Below, in pieces: positions 13,144-26,111 of a stretch of DNA of 64,000 nucleotides (position 1 is the stretch's first letter; each line of letters opens with the position of its first letter). The notes beneath the pieces are model-generated. The model did no database searches, had not been told where the DNA came from, and saw only the letters and a list, made by a program, of their open reading frames with translations. The DNA is taken from NCBI GenBank assembly GCA_951406725.2, contig OX597829.1, positions 28,892,001-28,956,000 on the forward strand, written 5' to 3'. The position numbers were made by a program, and so were the translations under genes. This DNA comes from Octopus vulgaris (lineage: Eukaryota).

Positions 13144-14392
13144 TACATATACAAATATATAAAAAGACAACGCTCATTATTATATTAGGAAATTATACAT
13201 ACATTTTAACACTTTAAAGTATACATATATATATATACATAATTCTATACATCGATCTAAAACAACAGGATTACTAAAGGAAGACTGGAATTTAAGAGAA
13301 GAGAAAACCAAAATGTCTCATGATATTCAATGTAAGGATTTTATTTCATATATTCTCATTTTAAAAATCATCTCCGGTTAATCATTGAGAGGATGTTGGT
13401 GTTGCATTGGTGAAGGTTTGCACTCTCTGAGTACGCTTGTTGTTGTGGTTGTTGTTGTTGTTGTTATTGTTGTTGCTGCTGCTGCTGCTGCTGCTATCAT
13501 TGCTTCTGTTGTCAATGTTTCCATTAGTTTTGAATTTCTACTACATTCATCGTTTCTCTGAGATACATGCAGTATAGCATTTTGGAGATGCTGACCCATG
13601 GCTCATGCTGCAAAAGTGAAATGGCTGGGTGAATAACACATATTTGAATGAATTCTAGACATCATTGTGATGTTTGTATTGTTGCAACTGATAGAAGAAC
13701 CATTCTATTTTATGTATTATCATTTAGATTATATTTTCAGAAATTAAGTTAAAGATCTGTTTCTGTTAGAAAAATCTGACATTACAAAACATCTGAGAAT
13801 TAAGTTCATATGTTGTAATATAGCAAATGAGTTTGAGGAAAATGGAAAAATGGCATTTTATGATGAGAGAATTTGTTAATTAAAATAAATGATCGTGGCA
13901 AACAAACTTAAAAAAAGAAAAAAATACTTGATTTTGAAATTATATATTTAAAGAACAAATTTCAAAGAAGCTGAAGAAAATTCCTTATAAATTCTTTCTG
14001 TAATAGTATTGATTGTTTCTGTGTAGAAAGTAAGAAGAATTTGCCTTATTGCAGCAAAAATTGGAAGAAGTCATTTACAGTGTATTGCGATTTGTTACCT
14101 TTTCTCCATGTTGCCAGGCTTTTTCTATGATTGGTCAATGACTTTGGAGCATTCAATTTTGGATAATAATTATCTATAGCTGTGTGTTCTTTACTTATTA
14201 TGATGGAATTATCGTACAAGAGACTTATTCTTTATTTCCTCATTAATTTTTTAACTCATGAATGAATTCTAAATAAATTTTGGAAAGTAATGTTTAGCAA
14301 AAAGAAAAAGAATGTGCTAATGAAAGCATCATGTAGGAGGTATTTTACCCATAATTCCGATTTTACATTAGCATATGAAGATTCTTTTATAT

Positions 14393-14786
14393 ACTCTTAC
14401 TCTTTAATCTTTTACTTGTTTCAGTCATTTGACTGCGGCCATGCTGGAGCACCACCTTTAGTCGAGCAAACTTGACCCCGGGACTTATTCTTTGTAAACT
14501 CAGTACTTATTCTATCGGTCTCTTTTGCCGAACCGCTAAGTGACGGGGTCATAAACACACCAGCATCGGTTATCAAGCAATGCTAGGGGGACAAACACAG
14601 ACACACACATATATACATATACATATATACGACAGGCTTCTTTCAGTTTCCGTCTACCAAATCCACTCACAAGGCATTGGTCGGCCCGGGGCTATAGCAG
14701 AAGACACTTGCCCAAGATGCCACGCAGTGGGACTGAACCCGGAACCATGTGGTTAGTTAGCAAGCTACTTACCACACAGCCACTCC
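14393..14786 (-). mobile_element. tRNA-derived SINE family A, full length
   Basis: tRNA-like head with A/B boxes, internal (TA)/(TG) tract, 3' end gactgaaacaagtaaaaga; about 20 copies in the window. Confidence 0.9.
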
Positions 14787-14924
14787 AATATGGCAGCATA
14801 TTTAATCAATTATGGTTTCACTTTTGAAATAACTTAAAAACAAATATATTAATGATAATTAAAATAAAATAAAAATGAAATGCAAAGAAATACTTCTATA
14901 TTTTGGAAAAACATCTCCAAAGAA

Positions 14925-15505
14925 AGATACTTGGAGATGCCACTGTGAAAGGTTGCTAAATGAAAAGAATGAATGGGAGAAAGAGAGTCTGCCAAATGTC
15001 GACCCAACAGAGGAATCAGCTGTCCAAATTGAGAGTACCTTGGTAGATAAACAGTTAAGGATGTGAAAACAAGGAAAGCCCTAAGGCCATCAGAATCACT
15101 GCTGAGATGCTTAAAATATTTGATGGTGTAGGCTATAGTCTAGTCACCCATATAGTTAACCAAGTAATACACAAAGGAGTCATACCTTTGTGACTGGTGT
15201 TGCCTTAGATAGAAATAATTACAGAGGTATCAAATTGTTGGATCAGGTGATGAAGGTCACAGAGAGGGTCATAGCCCAACTAATTAGGGAGAAAGTTAGC
15301 CTAGTGGAGATGCAGTTTGGGTTTGTGTCAGGGAGAAATACTACTGATGTTATATTTCTAGTAAGACAGTTGCAGGAGAAATACCTAGCCAAAGATAAAC
15401 CTCTGTGTTTAGCTTTTGTTGACATTCCTCAATTCTTTATCTGATGGTCAATGTGGAAACTAAGGATAGATGAGTGGTTGGTGAGAGCTATACAAGCCAT
15501 GTGGA
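14925..15505 (+). mobile_element. RTE-clade LINE reverse-transcriptase fragment
   Basis: NYRGIKLLDQVMKVTERVI..MQFGFVSGRNTTDVIFLVRQLQEKYLAKDKPLCLAFVD (RT domains 1-3), with frameshifts and deletions. Confidence 0.9.
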
Positions 15506-15509
15506 GGAG

Positions 15510-16460
15510 TGAGTCATGTTTAATGTTATTTGTGTGTGGTGTCCTCTTTGCACCAAATACAGATAATTGTACTATGTTGTGGTCAGCAATAGCTGTGGAA
15601 ATGACCAGAGCATTTTGAATGAAATCTGTATTTGTGGTACAGAATAGGTTGAGTATGTTAGTTCCCCTAGTTGGACAGGTAGTAATTTGTTGCATTAGAA
15701 AATCTTTAGTGGTGTTGAGGAGAGCATTCACATTATTCCTGTTCAGTTGTTTAGTTCTCTTGATATAGCCTTTGGGCCAGCTGAGACTGGCGAAATTAAG
15801 GTCCCCTTTTAAAAGACATTGGCCTGTGGACTGGCATCATTTGGGTTTTGACTTACCCTGTGTCTTGATTGATACTAATATGTCCCACATTTTAACAATG
15901 TACTTCATCATCTGCATGACTGGCCCTAGCGGCATACCGTGCTGACTGACATCACTTGTTGTATCTGTCCACTATTTATTTGTAGTGGAATAGCCTACTT
16001 CTCTCACTCGAGGGGTGTCCTCACACAACAACTTATGAGTGACAAAGCATCTCTGAAGCAATCACCATGGTTAGCTATGTCAGGAGGATGGTAGGTAATG
16101 CCTATGATCAAACAGAGGTTGGTCACATGCATTATTAGTATCACACATTATGTTGGACTAGGAGGGAAGGACATTTGTTATTTATTCTTCATAGATGAAG
16201 AGTGCTACTCCTCCTTGTTTCCATACCCTGTGATCAATTCTGTGTAGAACAAAACCTGACATATGTACTTCTGCATCCAATATATCTGTGGTCAGGTGCA
16301 TTTCACTAAGTGCTACACATATCGTCTTTCCTCTGTGTGCAAGGTCTCTAAGATATATTTTTGTTCGATTTGTGAAGTGTGGGAGATTTTGTACATTCTG
16401 CATTATTACTGAGTTCAGTTTGTGGTTTAATGACAGCAATGGTATGTGATTGTGCACTGG
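15510..16460 (-). mobile_element. CR1/L2/Jockey-group LINE AP-endonuclease relic
   Basis: ALSEMHL..GFVLHRIDHR..GGVALFI, GDLNF-like motif and PTRGTNILNLFCT..IADHNIV are APE domain motifs; interrupted. Confidence 0.8.
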
Positions 16461-17148
16461 GGTAACAGCAGTGGTTAGAGTTATGTGAGAACTAAAAGGA
16501 TTTTAAAAAAATCTTTTTTGTCAGATTCATCATGGCTAAAAAAGAATTTTCATGTTCTGGGAGGGGTTGTTGTCTTGAGTTGCTATGGTTGCACTGTTGA
16601 CTATTGCTATAGTTATATGGTTTGTAGATGTTGATTTTACTATTGCACTCAGCGGATATCTGGGTGACTTTTAAATTTCAGTGAAAGACTGGACCAGTAC
16701 TGCTACTGCAAGGGACATTTCTACTGTGAATATGGTGGTGGCTTGGAGTTACGCTTTTAACAGTGCATCAAGTCCCCGGAAGATGAGTGAAAAGACAGTC
16801 ACGCTTCAGACATAATCTTTTTGTGTTGGGAAAAGCAATAGATTTTAAGATTCCGGATTACACATGTTGAAGTGTTTTAGTGTGATTTAGTATTTAGTGA
16901 TGATGGTGGTGTTGTAAAGATGTGTGCTTTGGCATTGGCTAGTATTGCTCGTATTAACATGCCGGGTAAATGAGTGAAGTTGCAGTCACTGCACATGTAT
17001 AGTCTATTACATTGAGAATAGCAGCAATATTTTGGGGTTTCATGTGTTCATGGTTTTTACTTTATTTACAAGTTGGTAGATTTATTATGGAGCTGTGAGG
17101 TATACGTGCAGATTGAGGTGAACTATGACGGTGAAGAAAGGCCTAATT

Positions 17149-17182
<34 letters not shown>

Positions 17183-17349
17183 CACAACACTAGAAATGCA
17201 TAACTTTCTTTATTGTTTGTTTAATTTTTGAAGAACAAGAAATCTCAGTTCATCTTCACCCTCTGTATACTTGTGTTATTTTATATGAGGAGGAATTACA
17301 TTGAAATTTAGAAGAAATTGTCCCTCCTCACCTGCTTTCATTATCTATA

Positions 17350-18013
17350 TCTATATATATAAAACTGTAGTTGTGTGAGTGTCTGTCCCCTTCGATTTAG
17401 ATTCCTAACTCCTCCCACATTTTGCGGTGCAGTTTAACCAAATTCGGGTATCTTATAGTCGTGATTAATATCGAGCCCGTCTGTGTATTAGCGCGCGTCT
17501 ACGATGAGTCTACGATTTTAAAAATAATTTAACATCAATTTTTATTCCATTTTAATGCATAATTTTTCGTGTGTCGATGGCGGCGGAGTTGGCGTCCATG
17601 GTCACAGCTGCACCTGTTTGCTTCTCCCCCTTCCCTCCCTCGTGAAGCTGTGGGGAAGGGAATGTAAGGAAATCAACATCGTAATGCGTTGTCAAGGAGA
17701 CCAGCGTTCTTTTAGAACAACGACTTCATGGCTTGAAGACACCAAAATAGAAAAAAGCGTCCACATGAGTCTACGATTTAAAAAAAAATTTACCATCATT
17801 TTTTTCCATTTTAATGCATTTTTTCGCTATTATATAAGGGAAGTAACTCTCTAAAAATGTCTACGATGAGTCAACGATTTAAAAAAAAAATTACCATCAT
17901 TTTTTATTCCATTTTTAATGCATTTTTTTGCTATTTTTTTGCTATAACTCTCTAAAAATTCTTATATAGTTATTTCCCTTACAAACCCGAGCAACGCCGG
18001 GCGATACTGCTAG
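17350..18013 (+). mobile_element. Non-autonomous Helitron, copy 1
   Basis: A|TCtatatatataaaac start; subterminal hairpin cccg-agcaacgc-cggg; CTAG end at 18010-18013 followed by T; no TSD. Confidence 0.85.
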
Positions 18014-18520
18014 TATATATATAAAACTGTAGTTGTGTGAGTGTCTGTCCCCTTCGATTTAGATTCCTAACTACTCCCACATTTTGCAGTGCAGTTTAAC
18101 CAAATTCGGATATCTTATAGTCGTGATTCATATCGAGCCCGTCTGAGTATTTGCGCGCATCTACGATGAGTCTACGATTTTAAAAATAATTTAACATCAA
18201 TTTTTATTCCATTTTAATGCATAATTTTTCGTGTGTCGATAGCGGCGGAGTTGGCGTCCATGGTCACACCTGCACCTGTTTGCTTCTCCCCCTTCCCTCC
18301 CTCGTGAAGCTGTGGGGAAGGGAATGTAAGGAAATCAACATCGTAATGCATTGTCAAGGAGACCAGCGTTCTTTTAGAACAACGACTTCATGGCTTGAAG
18401 ACACCAAAACAGAAATGGCTAAGAAAGCCTGAATTGGCATCTATAAGGGAAGTAACTCTCTAAAAATGCTTATATAGTTATTTCCCTTACAAACCGAGCA
18501 ACGCCGGGCGATACTGCTAG
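18014..18520 (+). mobile_element. Non-autonomous Helitron, copy 2 (head-to-tail with copy 1)
   Basis: Same body, same subterminal hairpin, CTAG at 18517-18520 followed by T. Confidence 0.85.
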
Positions 18521-18647
18521 TTTTACATAAAGTCTTTCCTTGTTGTGTGATTTTCCATCTCTTTTTCCCCTTCATATTTTCATTTGTAAGGACTCCTTCC
18601 TCATTGCATAATGAAGATGTAGAACAACAGGTCAGTACTGTTAGAGG

Positions 18648-19005
18648 GTGGCGGCGCAATAGCCCGGTGGTTAGGGCAGCGGACTCACGGTCATTGGATC
18701 GTGGTTTCGATTCCCAGACCAGGCGTTGTGAGTGTTTATTAAGCGAAAACACCTAAAGCTCCACAAGGCTCCGGCAGGGGATGGTGGTGATCCCTGCTGT
18801 ACTCTTTCACCACAACTTTCTCTCACTCTTACTTCCTGTTTCTGTTGTACCTGTATTTCAAAGGGCCGGCCTTGTCACTCTCTGTGTCACGCTGAATATC
18901 CCCAAGAACTACGTTAAGGGTACACGTGTCTGTGGAGTGCTCAGCGACTTACACGTTAATTTCACGAGCAGGAACCCTCGTCGTCATAACCGACAGAGTG
19001 CTTCC
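18648..19005 (+). mobile_element. tRNA-derived SINE family E with 11-bp TSD
   Basis: A box tagcccggtgg, B box ggtttcgattcc; TSD actgttagagg at 18637-18647 and 19006-19016. Confidence 0.85.
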
Positions 19006-19850
19006 ACTGTTAGAGGATCGGAGGACCAACTATTTGTGATATACTGGGTCTAAAGATATTTTCTTTGCTGTCCTCCAGTGTGTTGGCAGGTAATATTCTT
19101 GTTCTTTTTGTCATTGTTGATGTTGATTTTCATTGTAGATGTCACTTAATTTTTCAAGTTCTTCATAGCATACACATTTAAGGTGCATTTTACTCCAACA
19201 ACTTGGACTCCTGCCCTGTATCTTCAATGTCATGCCCTTTGTCTTGGCACTTTTATCTAGGCACAGTTTTGGTATTGCTCTGTGAACTTCAGGTTCATGC
19301 TACAATTATATCAGTTGTTACCAAGGTATGCTACTACATTTATTATTAAAAACAACATCTGTTATTTTAACTCCAATCTGTTCTAAAAGTATCTTTTTCT
19401 CATGTTTCAAACATTATTTCCATTTATTAGACCTGTTCCTTTTTAGACACATTAATTCTGTGAAACCTCAACACCATATTTTTGACAAAAACAAGCTAAT
19501 TCCCCTCCAGGGACTTGATCTAATTGTACTTAAGTTAAACATTAATAATGTTAATATCATATCACTGAAGGCTGCATTTGGATTCACTATTATCACATTC
19601 ATGACAATAACATTTGTTAATTCCCCTCCAGGGCCTCCGCTTAACTGTATTTATCATTATTGTTAATGATAACTGTAGTTATCATTAACTGTTATCATTA
19701 TTGTTGTTGGTGGTAGTGGTAGTAGCGGTGATGTTGTTACTATTACATCATTGAAGACTATATATTCAGATCCACTTGTGTACCACATTCCTGACAATAA
19801 AATCTGTTAATTTCCCTCCAGGGATTTCACTTAATTGTAGTTAGGTTTAA

Positions 19851-20168
19851 TATTGGTTTCAAATTTTGGCACAAGGCCAGCAATTTCAAGGGAGGAGGTA
19901 AATAGATTTCATCCACCCAAGTGCATAACTGGTACTTATTTTATTGACCCCGAAAGAATGAAAGGCAAAGTTAACCTTGGCAGAATTTGAATGCAGAATT
20001 ATGTTCTCTCTATGTTCTGAGATCAAATTCCATCAAGGTTAACTTTGCCTTTCTTTATTTCAAGGTCAATAAAATAAGTATCAGTTGCACACCCAGGGGT
20101 TGATGCAACTGACTTGCACCTTCTCCCCTCAGAGTTGCTGGCCTTGTGCCAAAATTAGTAAGAATTAT
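19851..20168. mobile_element. Two family C (Nin-domain-like) SINE fragments head-to-head
   Basis: Minus copy ~19851-19998 and plus copy ~20012-20168 share ttgcctttc..ggtcaataaaataagta.cagtt. Confidence 0.8.
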
Positions 20169-20330
20169 TGTTGTTGTTATTGTTGTTGGGACTGTCATTC
20201 ACTAAAGATAATGTAGAGAAAGAATTAACAAGGTGGAGAAGTTTTCTCTAATCTCTGCCCTTTGGAAAGAAAGGAAGATAAGAATTATGCAAATTATATG
20301 AAACAAAATCATCTTCCTCTTTATGCACCA

Positions 20331-20363
<33 letters not shown>

Positions 20364-20419
20364 ATACCATCATCACTGCCACCACCATCATTGTTATCAC
20401 CATCATCAACATCATTAAT

Positions 20420-20468
<49 letters not shown>

Positions 20469-20509
20469 CCACCACCATCATCATTGTCATTGTCATCATC
20501 ATTGATTTC

Positions 20510-21339
20510 CAAAGATTAGGAGTAGTACTGGACTCTGTCATTCATAACACAAACCCATTTCAAACATCCAGTGTGTGAGTAGAAGATAAAACCACTCAAA
20601 AGCAATTATCAATTCAATAATAAGGGGCATTTCGCTTAGAATTACTTGACTTTTGGCAAATGAGGAAGTTTTTAGACAAAATGAAACATACTATAATTTG
20701 GCTTTAACTAAGGATGGTTACACTGAGAAAATTCAATGTTTTCCTGATATGAATATTAAGAAGGCACAGAAGGACATGGAATTACATAAACAGATGACTG
20801 ATGACCATGGTAGTAAGAGAAATAAAGATATTAAGGTATGTGATAAAGCATTTGATAGTAAGCTGAAAATTATTGGTAAAAGGAAATGCAGAACAGTAAG
20901 TGTATCAGGTTATAATTAAGAAACCTAAATAGAAGAACAAAGAGTGCATGTAGTGTGTGACCACAGTGACTAGACATAGAATTAATCAGACCATTTTAGC
21001 AAATAAGCAGCCAACAAATTTTAATAATAACAAAAACAGAAATAATAAAAGAGATTCCAATTCAGGAGATGAATGTTCTTCTCTTCGCAATGATGATGTA
21101 CAAAGCAATAGACCTAACAGTATTAACTGTAATTTCAATCCCAGAAAACAGAGCATGTAACAGACAGGTTGCCAAGTTAAATGCTCCATTTGGAACTCAG
21201 ATAGCTACAAATATACTTGATAAATAATACCTAAGAAAAAATATATAATTTATAATGCTCTTTAACAATACACACATAAAAAATCATCATCATCATCATC
21301 ATCATCATCGTCATCGTCATCGTCATCATCATCATCATT

Positions 21340-21371
<32 letters not shown>

Positions 21372-21670
21372 TATTATTATTATTTAGGCACCTGCACAAC
21401 AAACTTTAAATATAGATTATATAATCACAAGTCTTCATTTAAATACAAGAGAAAAGAAAATGTCACATCATTAAGCAAGTTTATTTGGAGCCTCAATCAC
21501 AATGATATTAGCTACTCTGTTGAATGGTCTGTAATAGGTAATATCCTATCATATAATGTATGGAATGTTAAGTGTAATTTGTGCCTTGAGAAGATGCTAT
21601 CAATTCTGAAATACAGCTCTAACCTAATAAAAAAGAGTAACAAATTAATATTACACTGCTCACATTAATA
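20510..21670 (+). mobile_element. Penelope-like (Neptune-type) retroelement relic: RT C-terminus and GIY-YIG endonuclease
   Basis: NEEVFRQNETYYNLALTKDGY, then YLGTCTTNFKYRLYNHKSSF..TSLSKFIWSL..KCNLCLEK..CSH; interrupted by (CAT)n. Confidence 0.85.
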
Positions 21671-22121
21671 TAGAAGAATTTTCCAAGTTATTCCAAATAA
21701 ATATACTACTTAATTAGGATACTCTGATACATATAAATGTATTAATGCTATCATCTAAGTTGCCTTATTACAGCATAGTAAAGCAACTTACGATGTTGTA
21801 ATACAATGGACAGTTGTTTAGTCACTGTATCATATTTTAATGATTCTATTTCCCTGACTTTATTTTGTCCTTTCATTAAATTTTTGGTACTCCTTTCCTT
21901 AAACATTTTCCAAAGTCACTATAGATATATATATCATGATGAGTAAGAGTGTGTATGCAGACATATAAGTATGTATGTATGTATGTATGTATGTATGTAT
22001 GTATGTATGTATGTATGTATGTATGTATTTATGTATGTATGTATGTATGTATGTATTTATGTATGTATGTATTTGCATATATGTATATATAAATCTATAT
22101 AGAGAGAGATTGACAGAGAGA

Positions 22122-22169
<48 letters not shown>

Positions 22170-22778
22170 CATTTAAACACTGCATGCATATGTGTGTGAG
22201 AGTGTGTACAGATGGTGTATTTTACTTTTTAATTTTTCGTATTTTTACAAATATATTTTATGCAATGTATTTTTATTTAATATCAACCCCATCCAATGGT
22301 CTAAAACATAATTAATATGCGCTGATTTTCTTTTCTGGTTCTAGTAAATTCAATCTGTCTTCTACTATTAAGTTGTATTTAACATCACAGATTAAATTAC
22401 AATTCTATCTTGACAAGATATATAACTGCTGGCTGTCATTAAACTAAGGACATCTTATAAAGATACCCACCTTGCTTATGACACAGGCACTGGGCTATAA
22501 AATGGAGACAGTGGTCTGGAATTTATTGCTTGTAAACCTCTAGCAGAAGCATTCTGACTTTGAAAAGAGTAACTTGGTAAACTACTGACAATTTAATCAA
22601 TTTAATCAATCAAATGAAGGATCAATCAAATATATGCACTGCAATGTGCAGCTCTTGCATGATACCAAGCCATTCAAAACATATGTAAGCTAAATAAAGC
22701 ATTGATAATGCATTTTCATCTTTTTGTTTTGTTTTTGTTTTTTAAATATATTCTGTGATCAATGCACTGAATGTAAAT

Positions 22779-22941
22779 GCGCAGGAGTGGCTGTGTGGTA
22801 TGTAGCTTGCCTACCAACCACATGGTTCTGGGTTCAGTCCCACTGCGTGGCACCTTGGGCAAAATGTCTTCTACTATAGCCTTGGGCTGACCAAAGCCTT
22901 GTGAGTGGATTTGGTAGTCGGTAACTGAAAGAAGACCGTCG

Positions 22942-22972
<31 letters not shown>

Positions 22973-23181
22973 GTGTGTGTATATGTTTGTGTGTGTGTGT
23001 GTGTCCCCAACAACCGATGCTGGTGTGTTTACATCCCTGTTACTTAGCGGTTCGGCAAAAGAGACTGATACAATAAGTACTGGGCTTACAAAGAATAAGT
23101 CCTGGGGTCGATTTGCTCGACCCCATGCGGTGCTCCAGCATGGCCACAGTCAAATGACTGAAACAAGTAAAAGAATAAAAG
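22779..23181 (+). mobile_element. SINE family A, full length
   Basis: Same structure as 14393-14786. Confidence 0.9.
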
Positions 23182-23340
23182 ATGGCTTTTACAAATTGTA
23201 CTTGTCACAGTTAAACTATAACAATGTATACAGATTGCTATGATAATAACTGGACAATTTATTTAACTAGGTTTGAATGCTTAAATAGGTATTCAGACGC
23301 GTTTATTTTCCTTCCTTAATATATATATATCTACACACAA

Positions 23341-23404
<64 letters not shown>

Positions 23405-24328
23405 CACAAGGCTTTGGTTGACAAAGTTCTCAAGTTCTATATTAGAATACATACATTACTCAAGGTGCTGCACAGTGGGGCTGAACCTGAAACCATGTGA
23501 TTGCAAATTGCAAAGTGAACTTCTTAACCACACAGGCATAACCAAACCTATTCATATACATACAGTATTCAAACTACTTTTTTTTTTAGGGAACAAACTG
23601 AACCCTTTCAATCAGTAATTCTTGATGTATTAAATATTTCCTTTATAGTTACTCCTGGTTTTCCCCAATCTAATGTGAGGACATCGGGACCAAATTCTTC
23701 ACTAACATGACAGAATCTCCAAGCATTAGAGTAGAATGCCAGTTTATATCAATTACTTCCATGTGATTAGAGACACAGCAATTTCAGCAGAAGTTAATGT
23801 TACGAAAACAGTTATTTGATATTAGTGTTTAAAGTAAATCAGAAGATTGGAGTGGGGGTGGGGAGATCTTTCATTTTAAGTGATCCATGCTCTATTTTTT
23901 TTTTTTTTTGCACGGTGATTAACATCACAGAAATAAATTACATGGAGGTCATTTGGTAAACCTTTAATGAGTTTTAAAGGGACACTACAGAAAAAGAAAA
24001 TTTCTTTGATTATTTTTTTATTGTTTTATATATATATATGTATATATATACATATATACATACATACACACACACATATATATACATATATATTTTTGTG
24101 TCTGTGTTTGTCCCACCACCATCGCTCGACAACTGGTGTTGGTGTATTTATGTCCATGTAACTTAGTGGTTCGGCAAAAGAGACTGATAGAATAAGTACT
24201 AGGCTTACAAAGAATAAGTTCTGGGGTTGATTTGTTCAACTAAAAGCAGTGCTCCAGCATGGCTGAGGTCAAATGACTGAAACAAGTAAAAGAATGAAAG
24301 AATAAAAGAAGGAAGAATATATATATAT

Positions 24329-24614
24329 AAACAATTGCAGCGTGGAAGGTGTTTATAAGCCATTTAAGAAACGCACAAAAACCGTTAGATTCACTTCAAC
24401 CTTTAAATTTAATTTGTCAAAATATTTTCATCGCTTTGAGAGAATGGCCTGTTCACTAACAAAACTCCGTGATGCATTAAATTTAAATATTGAAGTGAAT
24501 CTAACGGTTTTTGTGTGTTTCTTAAATGGCTTATGAAAACCTTCCACACTGCAATTGTTTTCGTTCCAGCACACGTTCTCAGATCAGATCACTTGCTATT
24601 CAAATACATCTCTG
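24329..24614. mobile_element. Foldback element family F, copy 1 (85-bp inverted arms, 62-nt spacer, unpaired tail)
   Basis: Arms 24329-24413 and 24476-24560; homologous over its full length to 35385-35671 in opposite orientation; (TA)n flanks. Confidence 0.85.
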
Positions 24615-24631
24615 TAATATATATATATTCA

Positions 24632-24820
24632 ACAGTATCAGTCTAAAGTAGTGAGTAGGTATAAGCAAACTTTAGGTTAGTTAAATATAATGCTGTAGCA
24701 ATATAATGGTTTCACATCTTTTTACCACAAGATAAAATTTTTTTCCCCATGGTCAAAATAGTGAATTTGCCTTTAGAAGTTGAAATATGTCACAAACATA
24801 TTTTAACTAACCTAAAGTTC
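24632..24820. mobile_element. Tc1/mariner-like MITE fragment (second copy ~58135-58270)
   Basis: Inverted aactttaggttagttaaa / tttaactaacctaaagtt; starts cagtatcagt; the other copy ends actgataatactg-TA. Confidence 0.5.
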
Positions 24821-24892
24821 ACACACACACACACACATACATGTGCATGTGTGTGTGTTTATATATATATGTGTGTGTTAATATATATATGC

Positions 24893-25179
24893 TGAGACCG
24901 TGGGACAAGTCCGACCAAGGTTACTTATGGAAGACCAGCAGTCGCCCATGCATACCAGCCTCCCCTCTCCGCACCACCATTGTTATCCAAGGGAAAGGTA
25001 AAGGCCGATACAGCTTGGCACCTGTGACATCACAACTCATTTCTACAGATGAGTTAATTGGAGCAACGTGAAATAAAGTGTCTTGCTCAAGGACACAACA
25101 TGCATCCCAGTCGAGGATTCGAACTCACAACCTCATGATCGTAAGCTCAACACTCTAACCACTGAGCCATACGCCTTCA
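24893..25179 (-). mobile_element. tRNA-derived SINE family B (CORE-like gtgtccttgagcaagacact)
   Basis: A box tggctcagtgg, B box gttcgaatcc; homologous to 32196-32538 and 42169-42479. Confidence 0.85.
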
Positions 25180-25523
25180 CATTAATATAAATATATATAT
25201 ATATGCTTATGTCCAAATATATATGCATATATCTTGAAATGGGGAGTAGATAGGCTGCTAACAACTGATGAAGGATCATTCTTTGTATTACTTGTCCTTT
25301 CTTTTCTCTCATTATTTGTATTTTTAACTCATTTGTTTTCATATTTCATGTTGTTTACTGTTGGTGACGTCCTGTGCCCATATATGCATATATATATAAA
25401 ATTGTAAGCCTAGTACTTATTCTATTGGTCTCTTTTGACAAACTGCTAAGTTACAGGGATGTAAATACAACAACACAGGTTGTCAAGCAATGCTGGAGGA
25501 CAAACACACACACACAAACATAT

Positions 25524-25573
<50 letters not shown>

Positions 25574-25973
25574 ATATGTTTGTGTGTGTGTGTAAAGAGA
25601 CCAATAGAATAAGTACTAGGCTTACAATTTTATATATATATGCATATATGGGCACAGGACGTCACCAACAGTAAACAACATGAAATATGAAAACAAATGA
25701 GTTAAAAATACAAATAATGAGAGAAAAGAAAGGACAAGTAATACAAAGAATGATCCTTCATCAGTTGTTAGCAGCCTATCTACTCCCCATTTCAAGATAT
25801 ATGCATATATATTTGGACATAAGCATATATATTTATATTAATGTGAAGGCGTATGGCTCAGTGGTTAGAGTGTTGAGCTTACGATCATGAGGTTGTGAGT
25901 TCGAATCCTCGACTGGGATGCATGTTGTGTCCTTGAGCAAGACACTTTATTTCACGTTGCTCCAATTAACTCA

Positions 25974-25976
<3 letters not shown>
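25047..25976. repeat. Large near-perfect local inverted duplication
   Basis: Arms 25047-25435 and 25594-25976 appear identical by eye except a 6-nt (TA) length difference; inner palindrome 25504-25593. Confidence 0.95.
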
Positions 25977-26020
<44 letters not shown>

Positions 26021-26111
26021 ATCTTTTTTAATATATATATATATTTTAATATGCTAGACCACTGGTTTAAATTCTGTTAATTGATTGATATCAATTTCTA
26101 TCCTCATTATT

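Noticed and set aside
14730-14786. tRNA-like sequences with A/B boxes (also 18648, 42169 and others)
   Set aside because: They are SINE heads continuing into repeated bodies; no complete cloverleaf.
17555-17854. Repeated ORF MHNFSCVD..KLWGRECKEINIV (3 copies)
   Set aside because: It lies within a non-autonomous Helitron; starts and stops differ among copies and no domain is recognisable.
19475-19842. Spaced direct repeats as a CRISPR-like array
   Set aside because: Only three diverged units, irregular spacers, eukaryotic context and no cas genes.
24342-24536. [13 protein letters not shown].. shared with 35464-35823
   Set aside because: By-product of two copies of the same foldback repeat; no evidence of coding function.
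25133-25890. Twin ORFs MKTNELKIQIMREKKG on opposite strands
   Set aside because: Consequence of the inverted duplication; the sequence is repeat-derived.
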